Shown piece after piece: positions 1-13,497 of a stretch of 64,000 bases of DNA. Origin of the DNA: Amoebophrya sp. A120 (Eukaryota > Protista > Dinoflagellata); the NCBI GenBank assembly GCA_905178155.1, contig CAJINV010000005.1, positions 6,495,507-6,559,506 of the forward strand, given 5' to 3'. The notes under the pieces are model-generated. The model searched no databases and had not been told where the DNA came from. It worked only from the letters and a program-made list of their open reading frames with translations. The position numbers and the translations under genes are program-made. How positions within the stretch are numbered: position 1 is the first letter of the stretch; each line of letters starts with the position of its first letter.

Positions 1-3000
1 GGGATTTCTTCTTTTTCTTTTTCGGCGACTGGTTGTGCTGTTCCTGCAGTTGTATGAATTGCAAAAGTATCGCAGTAGTAGTAAAATTGCATTACAAATT
101 TTACCTCAGCATGATGACAAATGGAATTTGTCATGCTGTTTTACCTTGGGATGGAGATTTGTAATGCATATATTGCAATTATTACAAGTACGATACTTTT
201 GGTGCACTGGATAAGTTGCAGCTTCTGCAGCGCGTTCAACGCCTGTTGCTCCGTGATCGGGACGCTGTTCGGGTCGTTGTACGCGTGGCTCGAATTCGTG
301 TTTGTCGTTCTCGGCGAGTACCGATGATCCCTGGTGTTTTGATTTTGTTCCTGCTGTCTCTGCAACGTCGTTATCCCCGCCTGTTGCACGATCGGCGGGA
401 GCTTGTTTTGCTGCTGCTGCAACTGCTGCATCACCCGCATGTTCGGCGACCGAGATCGGCTGTTTTCTGATCTTCGGTTCATCGCGACGGAATGCTCAAG
501 AGCCAGCTCGATGGTCTGCTTGTGCACCTGAAAAGCGAGGGTGTTATTCGGTGTGGACAGGTTTCTTCGGTCTCCTGGATTTGTTTCAAATCCATTCTCC
601 GCGATAGAACCACCACCCGCACCCGTGTTCGAGGACCGGGAGTTCAATTTGTTCCGTCTTGGGCTGTTACTATTTCCTGTTCCTCGCGTTGGCGACGGAG
701 AATTTAGCATCTGTTGACCCGCCAACACCTGCGCTCGCGTGCTCCGGAGCTTCTGGTCGCGGAGCGTCGTGTTGAGCGGGGACTTTGTCATCAGATTCGG
801 ATTTGTCCCCGGTCTCGACTGGAACAAAGGTGAGTTGCTCCGCGTTCTGTCGAAAGCTAGGAGTTGTTCTCCTGTGTTCGTCCGGCTTCTACCTCCACCG
901 GGTGCTAGCATGAAAAAATCCGTCCCGTCGGTAGCCGAGTTGATGTTCAAGGTTCTTTCAAAATTCTTATCCACCACCGTTTTCGCCGGAGCGGTCCCTG
1001 TCCGTCTACCCCCAGTGATTGGACCTTGTTGGTTCAAGCTTGTAGCCCCGGCTTGCATCCCGCCATTCGCCGTGCTGATACCACGAAAGGAGCTCCGCCC
1101 GAGAGCCCTCCGGGCCGCTGGGCTGGCTAACCTCTGCGCCGCTGTTCCCGCGTTCGCGAAAATTTGCGTTTTTGTCGTCCGTGCGGAATCCAAGAATTGT
1201 GTGCTGTGAGTGGAATTCTGCGTGCTCGCATGGTGCATCTGGTTCGCACTGTTGTTATATTCCCGGGAGTAATACGGTCCTTCCTGTGAATTCTCGCCAA
1301 ACACGTGGCTGTCGTGCAAATCCATGCTGTCTTGCACAGAGCTGTTCGTAAAATGGTCCTCCTGCGAAGCCGTTGAAGCCTGGTGCTTTTTCGGACTCCG
1401 ACTGCTGCCATGCTCCCGAGTCATACCGGCTTTTGGCGAGATCACCACCCCAGTCGGACTGTGCACGGAAATTTTCCGACCCTTCATGGGGTTTTGCTGC
1501 GCAAGAACATTCGCAGCCGGAAGCACACCCGAAGTGGAATTCGTCGGGAACTCAAACACGGATAGCAACGAGCCGTTTTTGTCGTTCAAATGGATCGAAG
1601 AGTGCGTCTTGTCCAACGACCCCGCAGGCGCGCCGCCATGCTGACTCCCCATGTAGACGCTGGTCACGATGGAGGAAACCAAGTTGTCCATATCGTTGTT
1701 TTCCGCTTGGTTATTTTCCGATAACTTTTTCCACTTCGAGCCCTCTAAAGCTTTGACTACATCCACCTGCGTCGTGGCGAACTTCGCTGACTCGTCGTGT
1801 TCCCGCAGCATAGACATGTTGTTCACCTTTCCGGCCGCCAGGGTGGTGCTCTGCTCGTCGGGCAGGATAATCATCGAAGAGTTCCCGCCGGTGGAGAGTT
1901 GCTCCTTGGAAAGCACAGCTTGAGTTGTAGAATTGGCTGGAACAGTAGGGAACTGGTGTGAACCAAGACCTTCACCTTCTGCCTTTTCTTTACTTGTAGA
2001 AGTCGTCCTTGTATTTTTCGTCGCGGCTTTGTTCTTCAATTTCTCAGCCAAATCTTTCTGCAAGGACTCCGCGGGGTCGACCTCTCTAACCGGTTTCACC
2101 TTCTTCGACCCAAGAACTTTCTGCTTGTTTTTCGGCGACACCGACTCCTGTTTTGCAACCGCTTTTGCGTAACTCGTCATATCTTTCGCAGGTAGAACTT
2201 CCACCTTCGCCTTTCTCGCTTGCAAGCCCGGGATGTCGATTACTAGAGATTCTTCGTGGTTTTTCCGCCGATTCCAGGTGTAGGATGCCTTCAGTAACGG
2301 TTGCCCCCGACCAGCTGTGTGAGTGTTGTTGCTGTAGTTGTCCCCGCTTTTCTTTTTTTTCGACGTCCCGCGATTAATACCTTTCGTGTTGAAATTATTC
2401 ACGTTCTGCTTGGAACTACCGTAACCAGAGGAGGTTGCGTAATTCGCATCCACAAAGTCTTTCCCCTCGTCCTCATCTAACCACAAGGATTTTTCATGCT
2501 CGTCAAACCAGGGCGTTTTCTGGTTCAAGGCCTGCAAATTATCTCCCCGCCGGTAGGTCGCATCGGGCAAGCTAGTCGGTAAACCGGTGGAATACGGGTT
2601 GTGCAGTAGTCTCCGCTGCACAATCTTGCTCATGGGGGAGAGGTGGACCGGGTACGGTTTTCCGGTGCTCGGATTCACCTGCTGGTTGATCAAACTGGTT
2701 GTTTGGAGATGTTGCAACTGTTGTTGCTGCTGCTGTTGCTGCAACTGCGCATTGTAAAGTTGCTGTGCGAAGGGGGAGGGATTTCCAGTGCCGTTTCCTG
2801 GGAGAAGAGGATCGCCTGGAGCAGGCCCAGCACCCGGAACTATTGCACCTCTTCCCGCTTGGTCTTGCAATTGCGCATGAGAAAGAGCTTGTGGTCCATC
2901 CTGCTCCTTACTGGTCGTTCCCGCAGCGCCAGCAACTGGACTTTGCTCCAACCACTTGTCCAATTTGTTCTTTTGCAAAACCGTGGAGTTTTTCTTCATC

Positions 3001-6000
3001 TTCAGATACTGTTCGAATTTTGCGTCCTCCGAATCTGCTTCCGCGACCTGATCATTGTTCCCGTCGTCAAAAATCTCCCGTCGCGTCGCATCGACAGCGG
3101 CGCGGGTGAATTTTTTCGCACCGGCTAGGTAGTGCGGAACCGGAGCAGAAGCTATGGCTGGAGTCTGCTGAAGTGAAGATCCTGGGGCACCAGCAGCTCC
3201 CGGGGCCATAGAGTGGTTGAAAAAGTTACTCCCCGTCGTGTTGGCACTTTGCAGAGCGCGGAGCTCCGCTTCTTCCTGCGCGGTCAAATCCTGTTTCAGC
3301 AACTGCTGCGTCACTGGACTCGTCAACTGCTGCGGCACTGGTTCGTACACAGCGATGTTTGCAGGATTTTCGTTGAAATCCACGGGTGAGTTTTGTCCCT
3401 CCTGCGCAGAAGAGTTATCCACCCCAACTCCCGAGTAGGAATTGTCATCTGCGGATGTTCCACCACCTGGGTTGATGTTTACCCCGTGGCACACTTCGTC
3501 TTCCAGAATCTGCCGCCCGGACTTGTCATGGAATCGGATGCTGTTCGGCGGTGTGATCCCGTCGCTTAACTTCTTTGTAGCATTATGTCCTTTCGCACCA
3601 CCACCAGGAACGATATTTTTCAACGATAAATTGCCAGTTCCGGCGCTAGACCCAGTGGTTCCTGCAGTTGACTCTCTGGTATTTGGTTTGGTGGAAACGG
3701 AATTTGGCGGCGACAAACTGCGCACTCTACGATCACCGTTGTTGTTCCCGATCGCCGTACTTACCTTCGAGGAATTGTTTGTATGCGAAGTGGTGATCAA
3801 TCTCATCGGCACGCCCGATTTCGTCGCCGTGTTACTCGGGACGAAATCCGCGGTAGCGGCTCGTGGATTATTCCTCATCGCCCCAACTGCCGTGCTCGGA
3901 ACTGTATGCATTGAACAAGCATCGCACTCGTACTAATTGCAGTACAGCATGACACGTCTCGTTTCTAATAGCAATACCTATCTCAGCATTACAAATCTCG
4001 TTTTTCCTTTTGGAAAAATTTGTAATGGTATTCCTACTAGTACGATATACTTTTGCAATGCATAAATTGCAGAGGAGAACAAAACCCCCGCCGTGCTGGC
4101 TCTTTGCTCCATCATTTTTTGCTCCAACACGTGGTCGTGGAGGTTGCTGGAATAAGCACCCCCGTTTTGAAAGAAATTGTACCCATTTGACGATGGCCCA
4201 ACACCACCGGCCCCATCGCCGATCTGCTCCAGAAAATCGCTTGTCGCGTCCAGCGCTTCCAGAAACCGGCCGACCCGGAGCGTGTGCCGGAACTGCTTCA
4301 ACTTCGGCCCGCAGTTCATGTTCTCCCTTCTGGATCCGAACATCGCGTGGACTACAACTTTTTCTGGCGAAGCGTATGAATTGCAAAACGATCGTACTAG
4401 TAGTAATTGCAATACAAATTCCCTCAGAAATAGAAATGGAATCTGTCATGCGGATTTACCATACGAAAGGAATTTGTATTGCCTAAATGCGATTACTACG
4501 AGTACAATACTTTCGCAGAGGATAAGGCCGTTGTGCCAGCAAAATCATCGTTGTCCAACGACCTGGCCCGTTTTCTGCTTGTGGACCGGGTCGACTTTTG
4601 GGTGGAAGGTAATAAAGTCGGATCCTCTAGTACTGACGCGCTATCGTGAGTCCCTTTCTCCACCTGCTCTCCCTTGTATTTGATTTCCACCATTAAATTG
4701 CTCCGTCTCGGCTTCGCATTCCCGTAGTACCCGGCGGCGGAGAATTTCTGCATCTCCGGCGACACCGACCTTATCAAATGCAAAAGTGTCTGGGTCTGGA
4801 AGATTGCGAGATTTGTCATGCTTGTCTGGCATGACCAAAATAAAAGTTTGTGATGCGTGTCCAAGAAGAGACCCTTTTGCCTGTCATGCGAAAACGCAGT
4901 TTGTCATGCGAAAAACGCAACACAAAGAAGCGCAGACATTTCTCATGCATGCCTGTGCATTACAGAGCATTCACTATTCCCAACGCAGCATTACAAGTTT
5001 CCAGACCCAGACATATTTGCATTTGATAGACCTGGCCCTTTCCCGATTGTTCTCGCTTTGTGGGTACCCGGTTGTCGGGCCGATAGCCGAGGTCGCCAAC
5101 CCCACCGCGGCTTGCCCGTTCGTCCCAGAAACCGTCAACGCCTTAAGCAACTGCCGTAAAACGTGTCGTGGGATGATGGCGTCCTTGTTCCCGACTAGAT
5201 TCGCGGGGACGTTGAAGCCCATAGAGTTGGAGAAATGTTTATTCTTCACCGGTTTTGTCTCCCCGAGGAAAAACCCCTCGACGCCAAAATGTTTCGTTTG
5301 CTGCGCGAAATACTGCCTCCGCTGCTGAATTCGTTGCTGCTGGATGATTTGTTGCTCAAACTTCTGCCGGGCTTGCTTCACTTGATACAAAATTTCCCGC
5401 GCTTTCTTCGGAAACCGTTTCGCCAACGTGTCTAAGTCGAGCAAGTTCATGTGCGAAGAAACACCGGCGGGAGCGAGGGCTGAGGATGTAGTAGTTTTAT
5501 TTGCGGTGCTTGCTGACGAGAAGTGTTGCTTGTTCACGGTAGTACTATGACTTCCGCCACCAGCATGGAGGTTCGACCCTGTCGTAGAACTACTACTCAG
5601 TTGCTGATGCAGACTACTATTCGCAGAAAAGTGGCCCCCGGTTGTCGCACCAGAAAGTTGATTCCTCGCCGTTCCACTTTTCGATGTCCTTGTGTTGACC
5701 ACGCTCGGCCCGCTCGGTCGGATCGCGTGGTTGGTCAGCCGAAAGGATTTTTTCGTGTGAAAATCCAGATCCGAGTCGTTGAAGCCTAATTTCTGCAGGT
5801 TCAGCTTCTCCAAATTCTTCGGGATGTGGGAAACTGTCTTATTCATCATTCCGGCCTGTTGCAATTTCCTTCCCCTCTTCACACCCCCAACGTGCGACGG
5901 GAAGTTCGCAGTGGCGAAATCAAAATCAGCCCCGTCTGCCGCAGAATAGTGGTGTTTGTTATATGCCGAGAAGAACGAAGAGCTCGTCGTGTTTGCGGTA

Positions 6001-7415
6001 CTCGGTGGGAACGCCGACCACATCACGGGAAGATTTGATCGTTTCGAAATGCTCTGTTGTTGCTGGAACTGTTGATAGGAAGTCTGATGCGGAGGCTTGA
6101 CAGAGGAGGAGTGCTGCTGGAGCTGATTCGAGTTCGAAACAGCCCTTCCTCGGTAACCACCTCCGACGTTATCGCTTTGCATGAAGCTCATGCTCTGGTG
6201 CAGGTTCGAAAGATCTGCTTGTGGTCCCCCGCCTTGCTGCTGATAGGAAAGATCATCAGGAGAGTGGTCGAAATCAGCAATAAAGCCGGAGTTGTTCAGC
6301 ATGGAGAAGTCGATATTCCCGCCCGCGTCTAACTCATCTGGTTCGCTCCCAAGCTGCTTTGACAAACTTGATAACCCGTTCCCCGCGGAGATATCTTCGG
6401 CGGAGAGCTCCAGGAATAAAGACGATTCCTCTTTGCTGTTACTTTCATGTGGAAGTCCACCTCTTCCGTGCTGTAACAAGTCTAGATTCGTGACATCCGT
6501 GTCCTCTCCGTCGGAAGTATCATCCTCTTCATCGTCGCTGATCCTTGCTGCGTTGTCGATGGAATTTGGGTCCAGACTGTCGTGTTTTTTGGATTCCGTG
6601 TCGTCTGCTTGATGATGCTTTGAAGGTAGAAAAGCAGCCTTGTATTTTTTTGAAAAAGCAGCTACTTCTTGATTTTTATCGACATCCGTACCACTGCTCG
6701 CAGTTCCACCTCCAACTTTGCTATCAATAACCCCGTCAATCTCCAAGGTCGAACAAAGCGAGGGCGGAGGTGGGAAATTGATTTCGTTTTCGTTGGCCGT
6801 TAGCCGGCCCGCGGCAGAAGTACTATTGGTCGCTGTATTTGTATTGCTGGACCGCATTTCCCCAGCTGCGCTAGAAGAGGAAGAAGACGACGATCCTGCA
6901 CCGCTGGCCGAGCTACTGCTACTTGAAGAAGACGATGATGCGCCGCTACTGCTTCCATTCCTCGTGTTCGATCTTGACAGTGTCGAATTCGTTCTGATCG
7001 TCCTGTATGCGCTTGATTTGTTCAAATTCGCATTCTGGTTTTGGCTGTTCGCAATCACCTCACTCGTTGGCGGTCGCGTGCCCTCCAGCCCGCCGACGAA
7101 ATCTCGGCTGCCGATCAACCTGCGAACCTGCTGGTGCTGATTGAACTGCGCGAAGACATCGATGTCGGAGTTGGATAAGTGGTTCTTACTGCTGCTGTTG
7201 TTGTTTTCAGAGGAGAGATAACCACCTCCTCCTTGTTTCGAGCTGTTGTGCGAGGATCTAGTCGTGCTTTTCTGTAGTTGTAACGCGGGATTGACCGGCG
7301 GTTTCTCGGAAAACGCGCTGCTCCCCACGAGGCTGGCACCTAATCCACCCGACCACTTCACGCTGCCGCCGAGCCTGTGCTCGCCCGTTGAGATTGAGGA
7401 ATTTTTGTCGGCCAT
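1..7415 (-). CDS. Large low-complexity (S/N/Q/G/T-rich) protein of unknown function, >=2222 aa, runs off the window start
   Basis: Exons 7415..5029, 4766..4525, 4369..4065, 3899..214, 47..1. Removing four TAT..ATA elements plus one TSD copy each joins ORFs 4974..7415, 4496..4864, 3978..4412 and 141..3911 in frame (RERARS|VSPE, GTTA|SPEK, SSAI|PSTA, KLQL|QEQH). Confidence 0.85.
53..213. mobile_element. Introner family B
   Basis: TATGAATTGCAAAAGTATCG...CGATACTTTT..GGATA; TSD agttg/agttg. Confidence 0.9.
3905..4064. mobile_element. Introner family B
   Basis: TATGCATTG...GCAATGCATA; TSD aactg/aattg. Confidence 0.85.
4375..4524. mobile_element. Introner family B
   Basis: TATGAATTGCAAAA...TTTCGCAGAGGATA; TSD aagcg/aggcc. 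Confidence 0.8.
4772..5028. mobile_element. Introner family A
   Basis: ~30-bp TIR TATCAAATGCAAAAGTGTCTGGGTCTGGAA; TSD gacct/gacct. Confidence 0.93.
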
Positions 7416-8376
7416 TTTTAGTGTAGTGGAGTCGTGAATTTTCTTCGTGTGAGCTAGGGCTTGTTGCTTTATTTCGCCGAAGATTTCATAGCAGCTCCTA
7501 TACGGTCGCGCTAGTCATTGTCTACATGTTGTACAAAGTTGGTGACTTTTATTGCAACTTCCTCTTTTTTTACAAAAAACACTACGATCATATTTTTGAT
7601 GATAGCGTCGGTCAGCAGGTCCAGCAGTTTTCTTGATGAGTAGTAGGCGAGTAGAGAGGCGCTTTTGATAGTCATAATTCCGACCACGAATGAAGCAGGA
7701 AACGAGCAAAGCCAGAATTTTCATCTTCCCAACGATGCAAGTAACATTGTTCCACGGCCCTTTTCAACATCTACAACAACGACTGAACTAGAATACTTCT
7801 ATGCACTTTTGGTCTTCGCGTACGACAAGCGATCACCAGGAAACGATCCAAGAAGCTGACGACCCTGTCTGATCTTTGAGACGAGTTTGCCTTTTTACCT
7901 TCACGGATTTGAACTCTTGGCTCTTTTCCGCTTTGACGGCGGCGCTTTGTACCTTGCAGTGGGAGAGCAGAACAACGCTGAACAGAATTTTCTGGAAAAC
8001 GCCCCTGACTGTAGGACAGACGCAAAGCAGCTGCAGTAGGCGCGCTTGGAGGTCCGTAATTTCATCACGAGTTCTGTCTGAAACGTCACAGTTCGAAAAC
8101 GAAACTAACGGCACACAGAAGAACTTAGCTTTTTTTCATATTTCAATCATCAAGACGTCCGCAGAGTGGGACCACGAGAGGCCGGCACAGCTCTAGTTCT
8201 AGCCCAACAAGAGCAACGAGTACAAGAATGCTACAACAAAAACAAAAAGCCTCCACAAACACCACCTACCACGGTTTCCACACCGCAAGCAAAATTAAGG
8301 CTTCAATCCAGTACGCAACAGTAAGTTCCGGTCGAAACACAGCACAGCAAAATCATTCACACCGCAAAAAAGATCC

Positions 8377-9924
8377 TCACTTCTTCGGACTCACCCTCGG
8401 TTTGGGTTTTGGAATAGAAATCGCACCACTGACCGTTTTCAATTCGCCCATAGTTTTCAAAATCTGCTTCTTGTTCCTGACCGCCATCTTGTGCGCGGTC
8501 TTGCGTTGAGACTGTTTTTTGATATGTGACCAAGTAGACGAGTTTTGAATGAATCATGAATGTCGCATCAAACTTCAAGTCAGAATCATGTGTAAATACA
8601 AGTAGTGACGGTACTATGCATGACAAACTCATCATGATTATCTATGGTTAACAGACCAGAATCTCAACGTTCTTGTCTCAACGTTCATGAGGCCGACGGG
8701 CAATCGTCTCAACGATTGCCCGGCGGCCCCAAACAACGCTCGTCGGCAGCGGCGGAGAGGTACGCCAGCCGGCCGGCCGGGGAGGTCGGCCGGCCGGCCA
8801 GCGGCGGAGAGGTCGTCGTCGTCGGCCAGGGCAGCCGCCGCCGGCCGGCCGGCCGGCGGCGGCTGCCCTGGCCAGCGACCAGAACCCCAAACCCTAGACC
8901 CTAATCCCTAACCTAAACGGTGCCGAAGTTGAGGCGTCGGTGTCAACGTTGGGGCGTTTTGTCTCAACGTTGAGACAAATTGGCGTGGTTGAGATTTTGG
9001 TTTGTCAACCATTATCTATCAAAACAACCAGACAATCACATCCTTCGACATTTCAATGCCAGCAAAACTGCTGCTACAAACCTGCATCTCCTGTCTCTTA
9101 TCCTTCCGTTGGCTGTTCGCGGATTGGATCTCCTTTTTGTCGTAATCAAATTCCTTGTAAATCCACGGGTCCCGCTTCGTCCCGCCACTAGCCGACCTTG
9201 CGGCGTTGTCTTCATACGCCGGTAAGGTTGCGACCAAATCGTTCTTCTTCTTCCCGAAATTCGCGTTCAACCGCGGCGGCGGAGAGTTTGTCCGCTGCCG
9301 AGCGGGTTTTGGGGGCGGCATTAAGTCGTATTTGTTCAACCACTCTTCCAAAGGTTTCGGCTGAAATGGGATGGCAGGCGGGGCTTGGAGCTGCGTCCAG
9401 GATTTATTTTGCCTGCTGTTGATGACACCGGGCATCACACCGGGCTGCTTGCTGTTACCGTCCTGTTGTTCCGCCGCACTGCGCAGGAGTAGACTAGTCG
9501 CTTCCACCGGTCCATCGGAGGTTTCGACCGGGTGGTCAGCAGCAGGAGAAGCTCCACTTTTTTCTTCCGCCGTTGGTGTTCCTGCGAGTTTTGCATTTGT
9601 TCCTACATTCTGCTTCCTCTTCACGGCAAGCGATGACGACACGGCGCCGGCCGAGGCAGGGGTGGGGATGAACTTCAGCAATTCCGCATATGTTGTAGTA
9701 GAATAGGCATTCGTCGGGGCCTGTTTGCCATCCCGCTCCGTCGCAAACCAGTTATCGGAGGAGACGGCGTTTTTGTCCTTCTTCACCACTTTCCGCTCCG
9801 TGTAGCACCGCGGCTCGTACACGTTGGAGGGGAGGGTGGAGGTTGGGGGTTTTGTAGTAAAGACTCTTGGTCGAGGACCCCGGGAGGCGGGGGAAACGGA
9901 CCGGCGGAGCTGGACTGGTGGCAT
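8377..9924 (-). CDS. Hypothetical P/K-rich protein, ~325 aa, one canonical intron
   Basis: Exons 9924..9082 and 8511..8377. Phase-0 intron CAG|GTTTG...AACAG|TCT gives QEMQ|SQRKTAHKM...SPKK*. The intron contains a MITE. Confidence 0.7.
8644..9012. mobile_element. MITE inside a canonical intron
   Basis: 25-bp imperfect TIR ATGGTTAACAGACCAGAATCTCAAC / GTTGAGATTTTGGTTTGTCAACCAT; TSD tatct/tatct; GC-rich GGCC core and CCCTAA-like run. Confidence 0.85.
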
Positions 9925-10315
9925 TTTTGCGGTCAGAACTGCTCCGTTCAGCGAAAATGAAACGGCTCAAACAGCTCAAACAACAAACAGTACTCTCGAT
10001 CTGGCTTACAGGGTGCGCAGTTGATATTGAGACACAAATCGAGTGGCGAGAGGTAAGTGTGCGAAAGCGGGTAGATGCCGAAAGAGAGCGTGATCTGTGT
10101 AGCAAATTACTTTGCAACAAAAACATGCCTCGTTTATAATTTGCAACTCTTTCTCTCTGTCATGGTCTCTCATACTCTCAAGCACGGCACATCAGTCCAA
10201 GAACTTGACTTCCGTGCAACAGATTGGCTTTTCTCTCTCGTGGCAGTTCAGTGTGTTTGCGAACAGCTTCGTCGAGAAAGAAGTGCGTGCGGAGTTGCGT
10301 TGTTCATATCTACGA

Positions 10316-12090
10316 CTAGTTCGGCCGGGCGGATGTAATCGCCCCCGACACTTGCTGGCAGCCGCGCAACCGAGCAAACGCCGCGCGCCAAGTGGTCGCC
10401 GCGGCCGCTTTAGCGGCCGGGCCGGTACATGCGCCGGCGCTTCCGGGGGCAGGCTGTGTCTACGTAACTGGCCCCGGGGGGGCTCGTGAGTGCGGGGGGG
10501 GGGGGGCCCGGGGGCCGTATAAGACTCGCGAGCGGAGGCTGGCCGCGCTGCCAACACGCCTGGGGCGGTCCGGGGGTAAAAACAGGAGGGCCGGCGGGGC
10601 CGGGCCCGGCGAATGGCATGCACGGGGGGAGCCCCCCCGGACGAGGCGGCCGGCGGGCTCGTCGTTGCCGTGATCGTCCTGCAGGGCGCATGGTGTCCGT
10701 ATCCGCCGGCCGCCGTGCGTGTCTCGGAGATGCGCGCTCATCTCCATCGCGCCGCGCCGCCTGTCCTTGCGGGGCACGAACTCCGACTGCGCGTGCCGAA
10801 CGGGCCGCTGCCCGGCCCGCCCTGCCTGGGCGCCTCGGGCGAGACGCGCGCGCGCCGGCGCGGCGCCGGAAGCGCGCTACGGCCGCCACACTCGCCAGCC
10901 ACAGGCCCGCCCGGGGCGCTTTTTGGTAATGGCGCCAGGGCCGCAGCGAGACGAAGGCCCCCGCCGATCGCCGCGAGCTCCCCGAGTGGGGCCCGGGAAA
11001 CTCTAGCCCCTGCGGCTACATATTTGCAAAGCGTAAGCAATGAATAGACCACAGGCTATCGCTGCGATGCGCACAGTCGCAGTGCCTTTCTTGAAAGCTG
11101 GAGCCCTGCCTCTCAGACCGCTCGCTCTCACACACTCATGTCTCTATCTCGCGCTTCCTGCAGCTACGCTTGCAGCCCTGCTTTGCCACTCACAGTAACT
11201 TCTCACTCAGACCTCGTTTATTTGTTGAATACCAAATACTTCGGAACAGACAACTCGGAGGGGGCCATGCAGAGGTGCCAGAAACTCCTGGAGCAACGTC
11301 TACAACTTGGCCCCGCAAGCGGAATCGCCTACTGCGGATTCGCCTGCAGCCGTCAGTTAAGGGTGCTGACGAACAACCAAATCTGAAGTGAAGTTCAAAA
11401 GCTGGAGTGCTCATACGCGGGCGAGCAATCTCCCGGCACGCATGGAACCACATCCACTTGCCGGCAGCTGCGCATACGCGCACCCGGTGTCCCTGCGGAT
11501 ACCACTTGCCGGCAGCGCATAAGCAGCGCCTCGCGGCCGCTGCGGTCCTGCTTGCAGACCGGTGGCCCGGGCCGCGGCCCTTGATGAAGTGGGCTGGAAA
11601 TACACGCACAAGCGCAGGGCCAAAGCGCGGGCGCACGCGGCGCCGGGTTCCGCCTTGCATACGGCGGCCGGCGGTTCCCGCGCTGCCGCCACAAGCAGGG
11701 CGGGGGGGGCAGAGGCCCCGCGAAGAAGTTCCGGGCGGGGTGCAGCCTGTAGGCCGCTGCGGAGCAAAACCCGCGGAGGTCGAGGACTCCGTCATCGACG
11801 ACATCAGCTCGGGCCGCGCCCGCCGCCCCGGGGCCCGCGCCTGCGGCGAAGGCCGCCCGGACGCCCTAGGCAGCCTCCGCGCTTCCGCATTGCTCCGCTT
11901 TGAAATCGGCGCACCTTGCAAGTGGTCGATCTGGGAGGGGGTTGCCATCTGCATGCGGGCGAGGGGCGTCGACATCTTTCCCCGCCTTCCGCGGGGCCCC
12001 TCTGCCGCGCGTCAGAAAAGCGCGCCGGCTTGTGGCAGGTCGCGCCGCCGCCTGCTCCTCTAGGCCCTAGCTGGCCGCTAGCTCCAGCAT
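10316..12090. repeat. Two very GC-rich non-coding blocks (~10316-11006 and ~11400-12090), probable mobile DNA
   Basis: Abrupt GC shift, poly-G tract, only R/P/A/G-rich overlapping ORFs; ends not resolved. Confidence 0.4.
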
Positions 12091-13497
12091 CCAGCCATCC
12101 ATTCCGCACCACAATCAGATGAGAATAGCAAGGGCAGAGCCAGAGGAACGAGGCAAAACTGGCTTAGTCTGGCACTTCGTTGAATATGAAGCACGGGGGC
12201 CGTTCTCTCGGACAGGCAATCTACACAACTGTACCCTTTTCCACTCGCAACTCTCTCACATTAACCTCATGAGGCGTAACACCCTCGCTCTCGTCTCCTA
12301 TCACTTCTTGCCCTCCTGGTCTTCCCGGTGAAAGTCATCTTGCCCACGCTTTCAAACAGGCCCGGAACAAGAGCGAAGCGGCTTCCCTCAGTTCAGCACA
12401 CCTAGAGCGCACACAAAGCAGCTTATGGCTTTAGTAGTTCCTTTCAGATGTTTCCATAACGTTAACACTGCTCCTCACTTCGCTCGGCGAAGGTTCTGCA
12501 GGTAGAATAGATCGAAAATTTTCGATTCAATACTGCCTGATAGCGGCATGGATGTCAGAAAAATATCCGTAAAAGATCGGAAATAAAATCTGATTCTGCA
12601 ATTATGGAGATTAGTACAAACAGTAAAACGTAGTAGTAGATCGGAAATTCCGATGCTATGTATATTTCCATGGAGAAAAATTAAGATGAAAATGAACTAT
12701 TATAGCTCGTATGTCAAAACTAAACTCGTGATGTGCGTCGAAAATTTGTCTATCACTACTGTACTCAGATTCTTTTCGTCAAGAAAAATCGGTTGAAATT
12801 CTCGAAACTTTTTTCAAAACAAACTACTTTTTGGTTCTCATTTCGTTCTGGCGTGCAGGCACTTGAATTTGCTCCACCCTGGCTTACCGCACGAAGAACG
12901 CAGGCACTCATGTAGTTGCACGCTTGTGCAATACAAACTTCTTCTCCGAGAGCTCTCCTACACCATGTTGTCCGCTGAATTCCCCGCGTCAGATGGTATG
13001 GAGTAGAAAAACTACGCACTTGCTGTCTCAGTGTTTGGCGTGCAAACGTTCCATTACAGTTCATGCTCGTGGTTCTTTTGTCGTGCGATTGTCATGCCAT
13101 GCATGCCTTCCTGCAATAAAAGCTTCAGTACAGAGAAGCGCATCGCTTCTAATAAAGTAATCCCAGCATGCCAAACACTAATTTCCAAGTGCAAGAGGAC
13201 TACTTTTCGATCCGTACTAGAATTCGTCTGCGTGGAAAACACGTGCTCGATCGGGATAATGGCAATGGCTTGGGCCGGAATATCAATCGCCGGTACTACA
13301 TTCTGCGTGACAACTTCGGATTATGGATAGAAAAAAGCGCTGAGAGAATTCTTTTTCACACAGCCATTATTTCATGCATTGACACAGTGCGGTTAATATT
13401 AAACCCGCTATCGCTGGGCCGAGTGTACTTTACTCTTTCGAAATGCAAAACAAAACTTCCACTTAATGATGAACTCTCCAACGCTATTTTCTCCCTT

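Noticed and set aside
10192-12122. Overlapping R/P/A/G-rich ORFs as genes (also ~18.3, 19.9, 21.5, 57, 58.5 kb)
   Set aside because: Open in many frames because high GC depletes stops; no recognisable domains.
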